Shown: positions 9,110-19,944 of the stretch, piece after piece | How the letters are laid out: every line of letters begins with the position of its first letter | Position numbering within the stretch: position 1 is the first letter of the stretch | From: Candidatus Bathyarchaeia archaeon | GTDB taxonomy: Archaea > Thermoproteota > Bathyarchaeia > Bathyarchaeales > Bathycorpusculaceae | Direction: 5' to 3' | Assembly: GCA_049970895.1 (NCBI GenBank) | Contig: JBMFMB010000001.1 | Location: 96,001 to 160,000 of the forward strand | Length of the DNA stretch: 64,000 nt | Notes under the pieces: model-generated | The model's input: the letters and a program-made list of their open reading frames with translations, nothing else | What the model was told of the DNA's origin: nothing | Database searches by the model: none | Made by a program: the position numbers and the translations under genes

Positions 9110-10656
9110 CGCAGTTCCATCCTCGCCCTCTGATAAACACGTGATGGGTTAGCATAATACTCACGGATTACGTTGGCAACTTCAGTGTGCTTGCGAATGC
9201 CCTTCTTAACCATCCATTCCAAGACTGTTTTTCTGTATTGTAGCTCTCGCCTAACATCTTCCTCGCTTATGTCCAGCTTCCTCATGTGATCTTCGAGGAG
9301 GAAGCTATGTCCCAAAAACTCGAACTTGTCCTCGCTGGCCTTCCACTTGAAAACCTCCTCGGTTATAAGCTCTTTTGTTTTCGCGTCTAAACCAACAACT
9401 TCCGTCGCTGTAAGCGTTCTCCTCGCTGGTTTTCCCTCAATCTCGGTTCTAGCCATAACCATTATAACGTCAATCATGGCTATGAGCGGCCTTGGAATGT
9501 TCATGGGCTCTGATTCCAGACGGTTTATTACGGCTTCTACGGATTCGGCGTGGATTGTGCACATACTCAAGTGGCCCGTCGCCATGGCCTGAAAAAGCGT
9601 GTAGGCCTCTTCCCCGCGGATTTCACCCACAATAATGTAATCTGGCCTTTGGCGTACGGCAGCCTTTAAAAGGTCGAATAGTGTTATGCTTCCGCTTCCC
9701 CTTTCTTCATGTCCAAAACCAAGCCGGACAACCGACGGAACCCAGTTTTCATGGGGTAGGTTAAGCTCTTGTGTGTCTTCGACGCTAACTATTTTCATTT
9801 CTGGCTTTATGAACATGGATAGGCAATTCAGCATTGTTGTTTTGCCAGCGGCTATGCCACCAGCAACAAGCACTGAAGCCCTATTCTCTATAATGTACCA
9901 TAGGTACGCAGCCATGTCGGATGAAAGTGTGTTGAAAGCAATCAGGTCAGAGATGGTCAATGGATCGACGCGGAAGCGGCGAATAGTGAATGTTGAGCCT
10001 CTGCGGGTTATCTCATTTCCATAGGTTAATTGTATGCGGCTGCCATCTGGAAGGGAGGCGTCCAAAATTGGGGAGGCTATGGAAATGTTTTTCCCAGCTA
10101 AATATGCGAGGCGAATTATGAAGGAGTTTAGCTCCGCCTCATCATTGAAAATTATGTTTGTTGGGATAGACTCATACACGCGGTGCCAAACATAAATTGG
10201 TATGTTTACCCCGTCAGCCGAAATATCCTCAATAAAATGGTCCTTCATCAAGGGGTCTATCTTTCCATAACCGATGAAATCCCGTATTATGTAGTAGAGG
10301 AGTTTGTCAACAGATTCTGGCGGAACTTTGATGTAGTATTTCTTAATTATTTGGGCTGTTTTTTCCCTTAGGTATTTTTCTGCTTTTTCTTTGGTTTCTA
10401 TCTCCTTTAGGTTTACGTCTATCTCTTCCATTAGGAGGCTTTTTATCTCTTTTAGAAGGTTTTCGTCTTCTTTTTGTAGTGTTGGCTCTATCACTTCATA
10501 TCGGGTTTTCTGGGTTTCGGGGTCTTTCACTATGGCTGCATAAACGTATGGCTCTTGTATTGGGTAGACTTCTCTGAAGACAGCTGGTTTTTTGGCTTTT
10601 CCTTCGATTATTATGCCTACTTGCGGCTCTTCTTTGACTTTTTGGGTTTCGAGCAT
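9106..10656 (-). CDS. Type IV pilus assembly ATPase (VirB11/ArlI family)
   Basis: Walker A GGIAAGKTT, RQRPDYIIVGEIRG, TGH..TIHA. Start uncertain (10656 or 10719). Confidence 0.93.
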   Translation of the reverse strand: MLETQKVKEEPQVGIIIEGKAKKPAVFREVYPIQEPYVYAAIVKDPETQKTRYEVIEPTLQKEDENLLKEIKSLLMEEIDVNLKEIETKEKAEKYLREKTAQIIKKYYIKVPPESVDKLLYYIIRDFIGYGKIDPLMKDHFIEDISADGVNIPIYVWHRVYESIPTNIIFNDEAELNSFIIRLAYLAGKNISIASPILDASLPDGSRIQLTYGNEITRRGSTFTIRRFRVDPLTISDLIAFNTLSSDMAAYLWYIIENRASVLVAGGIAAGKTTMLNCLSMFIKPEMKIVSVEDTQELNLPHENWVPSVVRLGFGHEERGSGSITLFDLLKAAVRQRPDYIIVGEIRGEEAYTLFQAMATGHLSMCTIHAESVEAVINRLESEPMNIPRPLIAMIDVIMVMARTEIEGKPARRTLTATEVVGLDAKTKELITEEVFKWKASEDKFEFLGHSFLLEDHMRKLDISEEDVRRELQYRKTVLEWMVKKGIRKHTEVANVIREYYANPSRVYQRARMELR

Positions 10657-10796
10657 CTGGTTTTCCCTTTTGTAGCGTTTAGGGTGATGGGCTGTTTTCC
10701 AATTAGTATAATATCGCAAGTCTTAATAAGCTATATGCATGCTTAATCCTTAACAAACTTAACAAAAAAATCAGCAGAAAACGGCTACTACTGTCG

Positions 10797-10874
10797 CTAC
10801 TTGTATCGGGCTCTCCGCTTCTGCCTCTTCTTCTTCTGACGCTTCATCCTCTTCTTTTTCCATTTAGCCCGAAT
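10797..10874 (-). CDS. rpl41e: Ribosomal protein eL41 (eS32), 25 aa, probable ATT start
   Basis: Hand translation (I/M)RAKWKKKRMKRQKKKRQKRRARYK* resembles eukaryotic [25 protein letters not shown]. Alternative in-frame GTG at 10883. Confidence 0.85.
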   Translation of the reverse strand: MRAKWKKKRMKRQKKKRQKRRARYK

Positions 10875-10899
10875 TTCCAGCACTCTCCCAATAAAGCAA

Positions 10900-11565
10900 C
10901 TATTCTATTGTGGCATGCCTACGCCTTAAATCTTCCTCAGTTGTCCCCATACGGTGCATAAGCTCCACAATAAGGCCGTCCAAGAAAACCATGCAGTTGT
11001 TCTCAAATATGCTCCCAAGCGGTGTTAGGGGCTCCCTCTCACCCATAAGCTGCCTAGCCAAATAATCCTCCTCCTTTGGCCAGCCAGCCTTAGTCCTGCC
11101 CTTAATTGTCACAACCAAGTCGGCTATCTGCCCCAGGGGAGACTCTGGGAAAGATGTTATTGCGACAACTGTTGCGCCAATCTCTTTTGCCGCCGCGCTG
11201 GCTGTTAAAACCATTTTTGTTGCGCCGGTCCCGGAAATGGCGATCAGCACGTCTCCTTTTTCCGCTGCCGGTGTTATTGTTTCGCCTAGGAAGTAGACGT
11301 TAAAGCCTAAATTCATTAGGCGCAGTGCGAAGGCTCTTCCTACGAAGCCGCTTCTTCCCATGCCTACAACAAATATTTTCTTGTTCTTTGCTCCCAGTAG
11401 TAGCTGGATGAAGCGTTCAACCTCTTTTGGGTTGAGCTCTTCAATGGAGCTCTTAATCCCTGAAATGATTTCTTCTGCCGCAGCCTTTAACCATTTCAAG
11501 TTTTCAAGCTCCGAGAAACCCTTTACACGAATGTCTGTGTTAAAAGTCTTGCGGTTAAATAGCAC
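10900..11565 (-). CDS. hxlB: 6-phospho-3-hexuloisomerase (SIS domain)
   Basis: GMGRSG, AFALRLMNLG, GETITP, ISGTG, PLGSIFE, HATIE. True start probably downstream of 11565. Confidence 0.9.
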   Translation of the reverse strand: MLFNRKTFNTDIRVKGFSELENLKWLKAAAEEIISGIKSSIEELNPKEVERFIQLLLGAKNKKIFVVGMGRSGFVGRAFALRLMNLGFNVYFLGETITPAAEKGDVLIAISGTGATKMVLTASAAAKEIGATVVAITSFPESPLGQIADLVVTIKGRTKAGWPKEEDYLARQLMGEREPLTPLGSIFENNCMVFLDGLIVELMHRMGTTEEDLRRRHATIE

Positions 11566-12349
11566 CCATCAAGATTTCTTCTAAACGTGGAATCCTAAAG
11601 TATATGCGAACAAGGACTGCGGCGGCTAAAATGCCAATAGTTATAAGCGTGAAAACATAGTCGCCTCTGCGGAGCTTTAAGACGTATAGGTTTGTGCGTT
11701 TTTTGGTTGCTCCCCATGCGCGGGATTCCATGGCTTCAGCGAGTTCGAGGCTTCTGCGGATGGCACTCACAATAAGCGGAATCAGTATGGGGATGTAGTT
11801 TCTAACTCTTTTTAGGAAGTTGCCCTTCTCAAGTTCCAAGCCCCTTGCCTTTTGGGCGTCCATGATGGTTTGGGCTTCCTCGGCTAGGACTGGAACGAAG
11901 CGCACAGCTGTTGTGAAGGCGAAGCAGAACTCGTAAGGCACGTGGGACTGTTCCAGTGCTAAGCCTAGATGGTCTGGCGAAGTTGTTAGGAAGAATATGG
12001 AGAAGGATTCAACGAGCACTATAAAGCGCAGTGTCATGGCTAAAGCGTGTTCCAAGGCTGATGGTGTAACCACATAGCCAGCACTTATGAAGGAAAAAAT
12101 GAAGTTGACAAAGAATATTACAGATGCTAGGAAGGCTGCACCCCTCATGGAGCGAGCCCACTCGCGTTTAACTCCGGCAACAATAACGAAGGGTATCTGC
12201 ATCAGAAAAAGCACGATGAGGGGTAGCAACTCCCAGAAAAGTATGGCTACAACAAAAATCACACACGCATAAACGAATTTTATCCTCGGGTCGAGTTTGT
12301 GGACGGGGGAGCTAACCTTTCTGAAGCGTAGTCCATCAAAGAAGCTCAT
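11555..12349 (-). CDS. ecfT: ECF transporter transmembrane T component
   Basis: LDPRIK, RFVP, AQKARG and AMESR motifs. Confidence 0.93.
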   Translation of the reverse strand: MSFFDGLRFRKVSSPVHKLDPRIKFVYACVIFVVAILFWELLPLIVLFLMQIPFVIVAGVKREWARSMRGAAFLASVIFFVNFIFSFISAGYVVTPSALEHALAMTLRFIVLVESFSIFFLTTSPDHLGLALEQSHVPYEFCFAFTTAVRFVPVLAEEAQTIMDAQKARGLELEKGNFLKRVRNYIPILIPLIVSAIRRSLELAEAMESRAWGATKKRTNLYVLKLRRGDYVFTLITIGILAAAVLVRIYFRIPRLEEILMGAI

Positions 12350-13173
12350 GCCCTTTGCCTCCCTTTGAATGCTTTAAGCAGAATTTCTCCGGCTTCGTAA
12401 ACGTCTATGACATTTTTTGGGAAGCCCAAGTCTGATAGGTTTATGAAGATTTGAGCTATTTGTGGTGGCACTATGGAGGCTTGCTCAAGTATTTCTGGGT
12501 CTGTGAGGATTTTTCTGGCTTCTCCATCAGCCACTATTTTTCCGCCACGCATGAGCACAACCCTAGGGTTGCATTCAGCCACAAACTCCACGTCATGAGT
12601 CACTATGACAACTGTTTTTCCTTGAGCCTTCATCTGCAAAATGAACTGGCGAAGCTTCTCCTTCTGCTGATAATCCTGCCCAATGGTGGGCTCGTCTAAA
12701 ATCAGTATTTTTGGGTCCCATGCCAGCACAGAAGCCAGTGCCACCCGTTTTCTCTCGCCTCCACTGAGCATGAAGGGTGAAGTTTTCCGATACTGTGTCA
12801 AGCCAAGAAGGTTTAGTGCCCACTCCACCCGCTTTTCTATAACTTCTTGGCTGAAGCCGAAGTTTTTTAGGGCGAAGGCTATCTCCTCCTCAACGGTTTC
12901 GCTGAAAAGCTGGTGGTCCGGGTTTTGAAAGACAAAGCCAACGGTTCTTGCCAGCGTTGCCACACTCACTTTTGTTGTTTCCACACCGTTAACAAGCACC
13001 TTCCCCTTGGTCGGCTTCAGTAGTCCATTAAAATGCTTCACAAGGGTTGTTTTTCCAGCCCCGTTTTCACCCATTATGGCTACAAATTCCCCATCCTGAA
13101 TGGTTAGGGAAACCCCCTTCAGCGCCTCCACACCAGTTGGATATCTGAAGTAAACGTCTTGAACCTCAATCAT
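12346..13173 (-). CDS. ecfA: ECF transporter ATPase
   Basis: GENGAGKTT, FQNPDHQ, LSGGE, LDEPT. Confidence 0.93.
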   Translation of the reverse strand: MIEVQDVYFRYPTGVEALKGVSLTIQDGEFVAIMGENGAGKTTLVKHFNGLLKPTKGKVLVNGVETTKVSVATLARTVGFVFQNPDHQLFSETVEEEIAFALKNFGFSQEVIEKRVEWALNLLGLTQYRKTSPFMLSGGERKRVALASVLAWDPKILILDEPTIGQDYQQKEKLRQFILQMKAQGKTVVIVTHDVEFVAECNPRVVLMRGGKIVADGEARKILTDPEILEQASIVPPQIAQIFINLSDLGFPKNVIDVYEAGEILLKAFKGRQRA

Positions 13174-14039
13174 AGGCGTTTAAGCGCCTCCCTCAATTTT
13201 TCAGCCATCTCCTCAGAGGACAATGGGACCCTTCCGCCCAGCTTTATTCCGCCGCTTTTCAAGATTTTGTAGAGGCGTGTCGCCTTTGGAACCCCAACAC
13301 CGATTAGGCGGGCTTCCTCTGAGCCCAGAATTTCATGGGGCTCCCCGTCCAAAACCACTTTGCCCTCGTCCATTATTATGATGTGGTCTGCATATTTGGC
13401 TGTCAAATCCAGCCTATGCTCAACAAGCACTATGGTTATTCCAAGCTTGCGGTTCAGCTCATAAATAACCTCAAAAATTTTCTTGGCGCCTAAAGGGTCG
13501 AGGAAGGATGTGGGCTCGTCTAGGACTATAACTTCTGGTTGCATGGCTAAAACCGATGCAATGGCAACCCGTTGCTGCTGTCCGCCAGAAAGCTCTAAAG
13601 GTGTTCGCTCCCTCAACTCGTAAATCCCAGTAAGCTTAAGCGCCCAGTCCACCCTTTTGCGGATTTCCTCCCTTGGCACACCAAGGTTTTCGAGTCCAAA
13701 GGCTACGTCCTTCTCCACGGATAGGGCGAATAGCTGGTTTTCTGGATTTTGAAAGACCAAGCCCACGTGGGTTGCAAGCTCATAGGTTTGATGTTCTTGA
13801 ACTCTTAAACCTGCAACGATTACTTCGCCTTTCAACTCGCCTTGGTAAAAGTGAGGAATCAACCCATTAAAGCATCTGCATAAGGTTGTTTTTCCACAAC
13901 CGCTTGGACCAGTTATTAGTACGAATTCACCCCTCTCAATTTTTATGGAAACATCGCTAATTGAAGGCTTTGTGGCGCCCGGGTAAGTATACGTGAGATT
14001 TTTTGTTTCAATTATCGCCATGCTTGGTTTTTCCACCAA
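13170..14039 (-). CDS. ecfA: ECF transporter ATPase
   Basis: GPSGCGKTT, FQNPENQ, LSGGQ, LDEPT. Confidence 0.93.
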   Translation of the reverse strand: MVEKPSMAIIETKNLTYTYPGATKPSISDVSIKIERGEFVLITGPSGCGKTTLCRCFNGLIPHFYQGELKGEVIVAGLRVQEHQTYELATHVGLVFQNPENQLFALSVEKDVAFGLENLGVPREEIRKRVDWALKLTGIYELRERTPLELSGGQQQRVAIASVLAMQPEVIVLDEPTSFLDPLGAKKIFEVIYELNRKLGITIVLVEHRLDLTAKYADHIIIMDEGKVVLDGEPHEILGSEEARLIGVGVPKATRLYKILKSGGIKLGGRVPLSSEEMAEKLREALKRL

Positions 14040-14076
14040 ATCTTAAGCCAAAAACTTACCATTTAAGAGTAACTAC

Positions 14077-15084
14077 CTAAATTTGAGTCTTCATCTGTTG
14101 TGTTATCTTTTCCCTTAAAAGCTTCAAACAACGTTTAAGCCCAACCTCCAGCTCCCCAAAACCATTCACGCCAGCAGCTGTCGAGTGCCCCCCACCCATA
14201 CCGTTAAGGTATTCGCCTAAGGGTTTGGCTATATCCCTCCCAAGGTGAATGCCGGTCTTCTCATGAAAATCTTTTGTGCAGCGGAGGCTTATCTCCAAAC
14301 TATCATTTTTCTGCCCACCCACAACAGCCACATGAGCCCCAAGGTCTATTATGGCTCTGGCAGCCGAAGCCTGAAAAGCACTAACATGGGACAAGGCGAT
14401 TATCCAGTCGCCAATCTTGAAGAGCTTAGCCCTTTTACAAGCTTTAAGCCTTGCAACCCTTTCCGAAAAATCCATGGGCAAAGACAAAATCGCCAGCGCT
14501 TCTTGGGCATTCACCCCAGTATCTATCAGTTCAGCTATGGCTTTTAATGTTGAAGAGTTAGCTAAAACAAAGTGGCGGGTGTCAAAGGCTATGCCGAGAA
14601 AAAGCGCCTTCGCCTCATCCTCCTCAATTTTCACGCCCAACTGCTTGTAAAAGTTGTAAACTATTTCGCATGTTGAGGAAACACTCTCATCAGTGATGCA
14701 AAGCCTCGCCATCTTCTCTGTTTCTGGGTGAGCCGCGTGATGGTCAATAACAATTATGGGTGCCTTTGAAGCTTTCACCTTGTCTGCAAGGTTGTTCAAC
14801 TGCTGAATGGTGTTCGTGTCCAAAAGCATTATCAAATCAGCCCCCTCCACATTGGGCTGGTCTTTCACATCAATTGGCAAATGCTTTAGAATGTGCTTTG
14901 AAAGGCGGCTTATTCCTTGGGCTGCCCCAATCTCAACGCTTACTTGTGGCTTACACCTTTTAATTAGGCTTGCCATGGCATAAGCGGAGCATATGGCGTC
15001 TGGGTCAGCATTATGATGGCATAGTAAGACTATGTGCTGGACATTCACCTCATCCATTATTTTGGTTATTTCTGCAAACGACAC
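14077..15084 (-). CDS. DHH/DHHA1 family phosphoesterase
   Basis: HHNADPDA, LLDT, IDHH, GGGH..AAG. Confidence 0.9.
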   Translation of the reverse strand: MSFAEITKIMDEVNVQHIVLLCHHNADPDAICSAYAMASLIKRCKPQVSVEIGAAQGISRLSKHILKHLPIDVKDQPNVEGADLIMLLDTNTIQQLNNLADKVKASKAPIIVIDHHAAHPETEKMARLCITDESVSSTCEIVYNFYKQLGVKIEEDEAKALFLGIAFDTRHFVLANSSTLKAIAELIDTGVNAQEALAILSLPMDFSERVARLKACKRAKLFKIGDWIIALSHVSAFQASAARAIIDLGAHVAVVGGQKNDSLEISLRCTKDFHEKTGIHLGRDIAKPLGEYLNGMGGGHSTAAGVNGFGELEVGLKRCLKLLREKITQQMKTQI

Positions 15085-15368
15085 TTAAGCTCCCTCAAAT
15101 AATTCTCAGCCGACCTAAACGCTTCTTTCACGGACTCGTCTGCAAGCTTTTTAACGTCATATTCCTGCATTAGCGGCGACAAGACTACTTCAACATCAAC
15201 GGTTAATGTTAAGGGTTTCTCGCCGTCCGTTTCAACACTTATGTTCAATGTTTCAACATGTTTTGGCGGAACCTTTGACAGCACATATTTTCTTGCAGCC
15301 TCCTCGGCTGTTGAGCAGAGCTCTTCAACCTGTTCTGGGGTTAGCTCTGGAAAGCCTATTTCCTCCAA
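15066..15368 (-). CDS. Conserved archaeal hypothetical protein (DUF3194-like)
   Basis: IGFPELT.EQ.EEL...AE.AAR pattern; located next to prefoldin beta. Confidence 0.6.
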   Translation of the reverse strand: MEEIGFPELTPEQVEELCSTAEEAARKYVLSKVPPKHVETLNISVETDGEKPLTLTVDVEVVLSPLMQEYDVKKLADESVKEAFRSAENYLRELKCRLQK

Positions 15369-15401
15369 GCTTCACCAAGCCTCGCCATCGTCTAATGCCA
15401 T

Positions 15402-15776
15402 CTACTGTGGCTGTGTTCCCGAAACAGGAGCTAAATCCTGTTGAAGTTTTGCCTGCAATTCCTTCATCTGGCTTCTAAGGCGCTCCTCCTGTTTGCCCAA
15501 GACTGAGGCTCGCATGTTTAGCAGTTCTTTCCGCTCGTTTAGGTCGGCTGTCACCTTCGCCTTGTCGGTCTTAACTAGAAGAGAGCCTATTGCCTTATAA
15601 ATAACAGCGTCGTCAGCCACTTTCTGCAGCTCACTTAAAGCCTGCTCAATCTCTGTTAACTCCAGCTCCACCTGCTGTTTCTGGGCTAAAACAGACTGTA
15701 GTGTCTGCTGCAATTGCTGAAACCTCAAGAGGCGTTCCTGAACCTGCGGGGGAAGTTTAGCCAACTCTTCACTCAA
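15402..15776 (-). CDS. pfdB: Prefoldin subunit beta
   Basis: LPPQVQ...QQLQQ coiled coil, IYKAIGSLLVK hairpin. Confidence 0.93.
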   Translation of the reverse strand: MSEELAKLPPQVQERLLRFQQLQQTLQSVLAQKQQVELELTEIEQALSELQKVADDAVIYKAIGSLLVKTDKAKVTADLNERKELLNMRASVLGKQEERLRSQMKELQAKLQQDLAPVSGTQPQ

Positions 15777-15921
15777 TTTTATCCTTCCATCTGCACAGCT
15801 TTACACCAAACCAGTTAATTAAACATTTTCTAAAAAGGCTACAAATAAGCTAGGCAAACAATAGTGGCAGCAAAATCTAGAGGAAGCAGTCAATTTAAGC
15901 TTTCCACACAACCAAAAATTG

Positions 15922-17241
15922 TTAAGGTGTGAGCCTAAACTTGTCCCTAGGATAAAGCGTAACTTCACGAATATTCTTTTTCCCAGTCAACATCATGGTG
16001 AGCCTCTCCAAACCGATAGCCCAGCCGGCATGGGGCGGCATGCCATAATCAAAGGCTTGCAGATGATACTTAAAGGATTCCGTGTTTAACCCTTTCTCCT
16101 TTAACCGCTTTATTAGAAGCTCTTTTGAGGCTATTCTTGTCCCGCCAGAAGAAAGCTCGATCCAACGCCACATCAAGTCGAAACCCTCGCAGATTTCCGG
16201 ATTGTCATCTCTGGGCTTTATGTAAAAAGCCTTGGACTGTGTCGGCCAGTCCGTTATAAAGTAGAAGTATGGGTGAATTTTGCCAAGCGTTCTGAAGGCT
16301 GGTGTTGGTATGTCCTCACCCCATGGAATCTCTATACCTTCCTTTTTCAAGTCTTCAAGAACCTGGTCGTAAGTCAAGCGTTTGAAGGGGATTTCAGGCA
16401 CATCCACTTGATGATTCAAGATTGCCAATTCTTTCTTGCACTTTTCGCGGACAACTTTGCACGTGTGCTGCATCAACTGTTCAAGCAACTGCATAACGTC
16501 TTCGGCTGATGCAAAGGCCTGTTCAATGTCTATTGAAACAAACTCACTTAAGTGCCGCCGAGTGTGGGATTCTTCAGCCCTGAAAAAGGGGCCTATTTCA
16601 AACACTTTCTCAAGGCTCATGACAAGTTGTTCCTTGTAGAGTTGGGGACTCTGCGCAAGGAAAGCCTTCCTCTCAAAATAGTCCACCGGGAAAAGTGCTG
16701 CACCACCTTCTGTGGCTGAAGCAATAATTCGCGGAGTGTGAACCTCTATGAAGCTCCTTTCAAAGAGGAAATTGCGTATTGCCTCAACAGCCGTGTGCTG
16801 AATCTTGAAGATGGCTATGCTTTCCTCACGGCAAAGGTCCAATGCGCGGGCGTCAAGCCGAACCTCTAACTTTGCTGGCACTTTCCCAGTTATGTCTATT
16901 GGCAACTGATGCGCAGCTGTGCTGAAAATCTTAATCTCCTTCGGTATAACTTCGACCCCTCTTGGAGTGATCTCCGTCTTCTTCACAATCCCTTTCACGC
17001 CTATGCTATATCTCCTTTGCAAGGCTTCAGACTTCGACAAAACTTCGCTGCCCACTTTCTTTCTTGGAACGGTTATTTGCACAGTCCCCTCGCGGTCCTG
17101 CAATATTATGAAGCGAATTCCGCCCAAATCTCGGATTTCTTGAACCCAGCCGAAAAGGATGACCTCTCGCCCATCAAGCTCCGGTCGAATTTCAGCAGAG
17201 TAATGGGTTCTCCTCCAGTCCCCAATAGGGTCCAATTTCAT
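15922..17241 (-). CDS. aspS: Aspartate--tRNA ligase (archaeal type)
   Basis: RTHY, ATEGGA, LAQSPQLYK, FRAE, GMPPHAGW.IGLER, PRD. Confidence 0.96.
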   Translation of the reverse strand: MKLDPIGDWRRTHYSAEIRPELDGREVILFGWVQEIRDLGGIRFIILQDREGTVQITVPRKKVGSEVLSKSEALQRRYSIGVKGIVKKTEITPRGVEVIPKEIKIFSTAAHQLPIDITGKVPAKLEVRLDARALDLCREESIAIFKIQHTAVEAIRNFLFERSFIEVHTPRIIASATEGGAALFPVDYFERKAFLAQSPQLYKEQLVMSLEKVFEIGPFFRAEESHTRRHLSEFVSIDIEQAFASAEDVMQLLEQLMQHTCKVVREKCKKELAILNHQVDVPEIPFKRLTYDQVLEDLKKEGIEIPWGEDIPTPAFRTLGKIHPYFYFITDWPTQSKAFYIKPRDDNPEICEGFDLMWRWIELSSGGTRIASKELLIKRLKEKGLNTESFKYHLQAFDYGMPPHAGWAIGLERLTMMLTGKKNIREVTLYPRDKFRLTP

Positions 17242-17258
17242 TAGTTCACACGCCCTAA

Positions 17259-17786
17259 CTAGTCTGCAAACTCCACCCGCAACGTCATGTTGCGAACTTT
17301 ACGGGCAATCTCCTTTAAAGCCTTTACATCAAAAGGTGGCTGCCTCCCACCCCGCTTCCTCAAAATAACCCGAGTTTCAGTTGACCCATCTGGAAGCCAA
17401 ATAGTGTTTATTGTGACTATGCTTAAGGGAGCAAACAAATCCTCCAAAAACTTTCTATCATCAACCCCATACTCCAAAACCCGTATAGACTTGCCAGTCT
17501 TTTCACCCAAAGCCTTAATTATCTTCCCACCATATCCAAGAAGACGAGGGACGTCTCCCTTCCCAACAAGGATAGCCAAGGTTTTTCCAGCATCTACAGC
17601 CTTATAAAAATAGACATTCTGAAGGGAAGGATAAGTTTCCTCTAATGAAAGGAGTAAACGGGCAATTTTCAAATCAAGCTCTGAAACTTCGCCTGATTTA
17701 ACCTTCTCTGAACATTTTTGGCATAAGATTCCACTTTTCAAGCAGAAACTACACAACATTGTCTTCACTAAGGGAATGCCCTCCAC
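17259..17786 (-). CDS. Archaeal NusA-like KH-domain protein
   Basis: N-terminal CxxCxxxxxxCxxC plus KH-like LLGYGGKIIKAL. Confidence 0.7.
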   Translation of the reverse strand: MEGIPLVKTMLCSFCLKSGILCQKCSEKVKSGEVSELDLKIARLLLSLEETYPSLQNVYFYKAVDAGKTLAILVGKGDVPRLLGYGGKIIKALGEKTGKSIRVLEYGVDDRKFLEDLFAPLSIVTINTIWLPDGSTETRVILRKRGGRQPPFDVKALKEIARKVRNMTLRVEFAD

Positions 17787-17833
17787 AAATAAAGGAGGGG
17801 CGGCGGAGCTTTGGAAAGTTCAGCCGTAGTGTT

Positions 17834-18112
17834 TCAACGTTCCAGTGTTATCTCGATGGTGCTGACGTTTGTAGGCGTGCCACCCTCTTCTCTGGGTGCC
17901 ACCTGCTCAGTTCCGATACCTACTTTCTTAACTTTAACGTCTGGTAGGAATCGGCGCCTAACGACCTCAACAACGTCAACAGCACGGCTTATGGCTCTTC
18001 CCCTTGCCTTAATATTTACTTCTTTTGCTCCGCCGTGGAAGAGGGTTATGCAAGCCAGTACATAGTTCATTACTGGCTTCTTCCCGATCAACACTGAGTT
18101 GCTTTCAGACAT
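17834..18112 (-). CDS. albA: DNA/RNA-binding protein Alba
   Basis: [30 protein letters not shown]. Confidence 0.96.
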   Translation of the reverse strand: MSESNSVLIGKKPVMNYVLACITLFHGGAKEVNIKARGRAISRAVDVVEVVRRRFLPDVKVKKVGIGTEQVAPREEGGTPTNVSTIEITLER

Positions 18113-18322
18113 TTTGGACCGCCTCACTCCTTGTTTCCACTTTTTCTATGGCTTCATAACCATTTTTATCCATAAATAAATACATTACGGTTTTAACTTT
18201 TACCGCAACCTTAAAACGCTTAGAGCGAAGGTTTAAACAAATTAAAACTTGCTAAATGCTTAAATAACCCATACCATTGTAAACTTTCTCTAACATCCAA
18301 ATGCTTAGAGAAGCGTTAAAAC

Positions 18323-18781
18323 TTGGAAACATTAACAAGACGCTCAATCCGGTTGCTCCGAATGCTATATGAAAAGGGAAAATCAATAAGCACATACACT
18401 TTACACGTGAGGCAAAGCGACCTAGCAAAAGAGTTAGGCATAAGCAGACAAGCCCTAAACCTCCACCTGAAAAAGCTCAGAGACCTAAACTACATAAGGA
18501 CTGGTAGAGGATTCATAGACGTCACGGAAAAAGGATTAAACGCCCTTGGCATATCATCAACACCAGCCTTTATATTCATTAAAGTTGATCCGCCAAAAAG
18601 AAGCGAAGTCTACCAGAAAATCAAAGAAACCATAGTGCAAAAAGCTTTCAGAGTTGCCGGCGACGTTGACGCCGTACTAATCGTTGAAAGAGATAAACTC
18701 AACGAGGTTTTAAGGAAACTATCGGCAATTGAAGGCATAAAAGATACAAAATCCTACGTCACAATAGAACCCATAAAATAG
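18323..18781 (+). CDS. Lrp/AsnC-type transcriptional regulator
   Basis: HTH QSDLAKELGISRQALNLHLKKL; C-terminal RVAGDVDAV ligand domain. Confidence 0.85.
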   Translation: METLTRRSIRLLRMLYEKGKSISTYTLHVRQSDLAKELGISRQALNLHLKKLRDLNYIRTGRGFIDVTEKGLNALGISSTPAFIFIKVDPPKRSEVYQKIKETIVQKAFRVAGDVDAVLIVERDKLNEVLRKLSAIEGIKDTKSYVTIEPIK

Positions 18782-18800
18782 TGCATAAAGGTGTTTTAGA

Positions 18801-19940
18801 ATGAAGCTTCTTGAATATGAGGCAAAACAAATACTTGCAAAATACGGTGTCCCAACACCAAAAGGAGAATTAGCCACAAACATAGCCCAAGCCCGAGAAA
18901 TAGCCTCAAAGCTTACCCCACCATTGGTTGTAAAGGCGCAGGTTCCGGTGGCTGGAAGGGGGAAAGCTGGAGGAATTCTTTTCGCAGAATCAGCAGCAGA
19001 AGTTGAAAAAGCCGTAGAGAAACTGTTAGGCATGCAAATTAAGGGAATCCCTGTTCGAAGCGTGTGGATTGAAGAGAAAATACAAGCCAAAAAAGAACTC
19101 TATTTCGGCATGACAGTTGACAGATTCATCAAAAGCTATGTTGCAATCGCATCGTCCGAAGGCGGCATGGAAATAGAGGAGGTTGCCGTGAAAACCCCGG
19201 AAAAAGTGATTAGGTTTCCCATAAACCCACAACACGGTTTTAGACTCTATCATGCCAGACAAATAGCGAAGCGCATGGGGTACAGCGGGAACCAGTTTTC
19301 AATTCTTGGAAACATCTTTCACAGCCTCTATAGGGCTGGAATGGACTATGACGCCGAACTTATAGAAATGAACCCCCTCGTTGAAACTCCAGATGGAAAT
19401 TTTGTCGCCGTCGACACTCGTCTAATAATTGATGATAACGCCCTATTCCGCCATACTGAATTTAAAGAAAGAATTTTGGAAGGAGAGCTTTCTCCACAAG
19501 AAATTGAGGCTGCAAAAAACGACTTAGCCTATGTAAAGCTTGACGGGGATATAGGCGTTATAGGTAACGGTGCCGGCTTGGTAATGGCAACATTAGACGC
19601 CATACAACTTTACGGCGGAAAACCAGCAAACTTCCTAGACGTAGGCGGTGGTGCCCCATCAGAAAAAATTGCTGTAGCCCTAAAAATTGTGCTTTCAGAC
19701 CCAAACGTCAAAGCACTATTCATAAACATTTTAGGCGGTATAACCCGCTGCGACGAAGTTGCAAGGGGAGTTTTAGCAGCAAAAGAAAGGCTGGGCATAG
19801 AAAAGCCACTGGTTATCCGTCTAGTGGGAACAAATGAGGAGGAGGGGAAACGAATACTAACTGAGGCTGGAATCCACGTGTTGGAAAGCATGGAGGAGGC
19901 GGCCCAACGCGTGGTGGAAATAGTCAAGAGCGGGGCATGA
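18801..19940 (+). CDS. sucC: Succinate--CoA ligase (ADP-forming) beta subunit
   Basis: [41 protein letters not shown]. Confidence 0.93.
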   Translation: MKLLEYEAKQILAKYGVPTPKGELATNIAQAREIASKLTPPLVVKAQVPVAGRGKAGGILFAESAAEVEKAVEKLLGMQIKGIPVRSVWIEEKIQAKKELYFGMTVDRFIKSYVAIASSEGGMEIEEVAVKTPEKVIRFPINPQHGFRLYHARQIAKRMGYSGNQFSILGNIFHSLYRAGMDYDAELIEMNPLVETPDGNFVAVDTRLIIDDNALFRHTEFKERILEGELSPQEIEAAKNDLAYVKLDGDIGVIGNGAGLVMATLDAIQLYGGKPANFLDVGGGAPSEKIAVALKIVLSDPNVKALFINILGGITRCDEVARGVLAAKERLGIEKPLVIRLVGTNEEEGKRILTEAGIHVLESMEEAAQRVVEIVKSGA

Positions 19941-19944
19941 AAAT

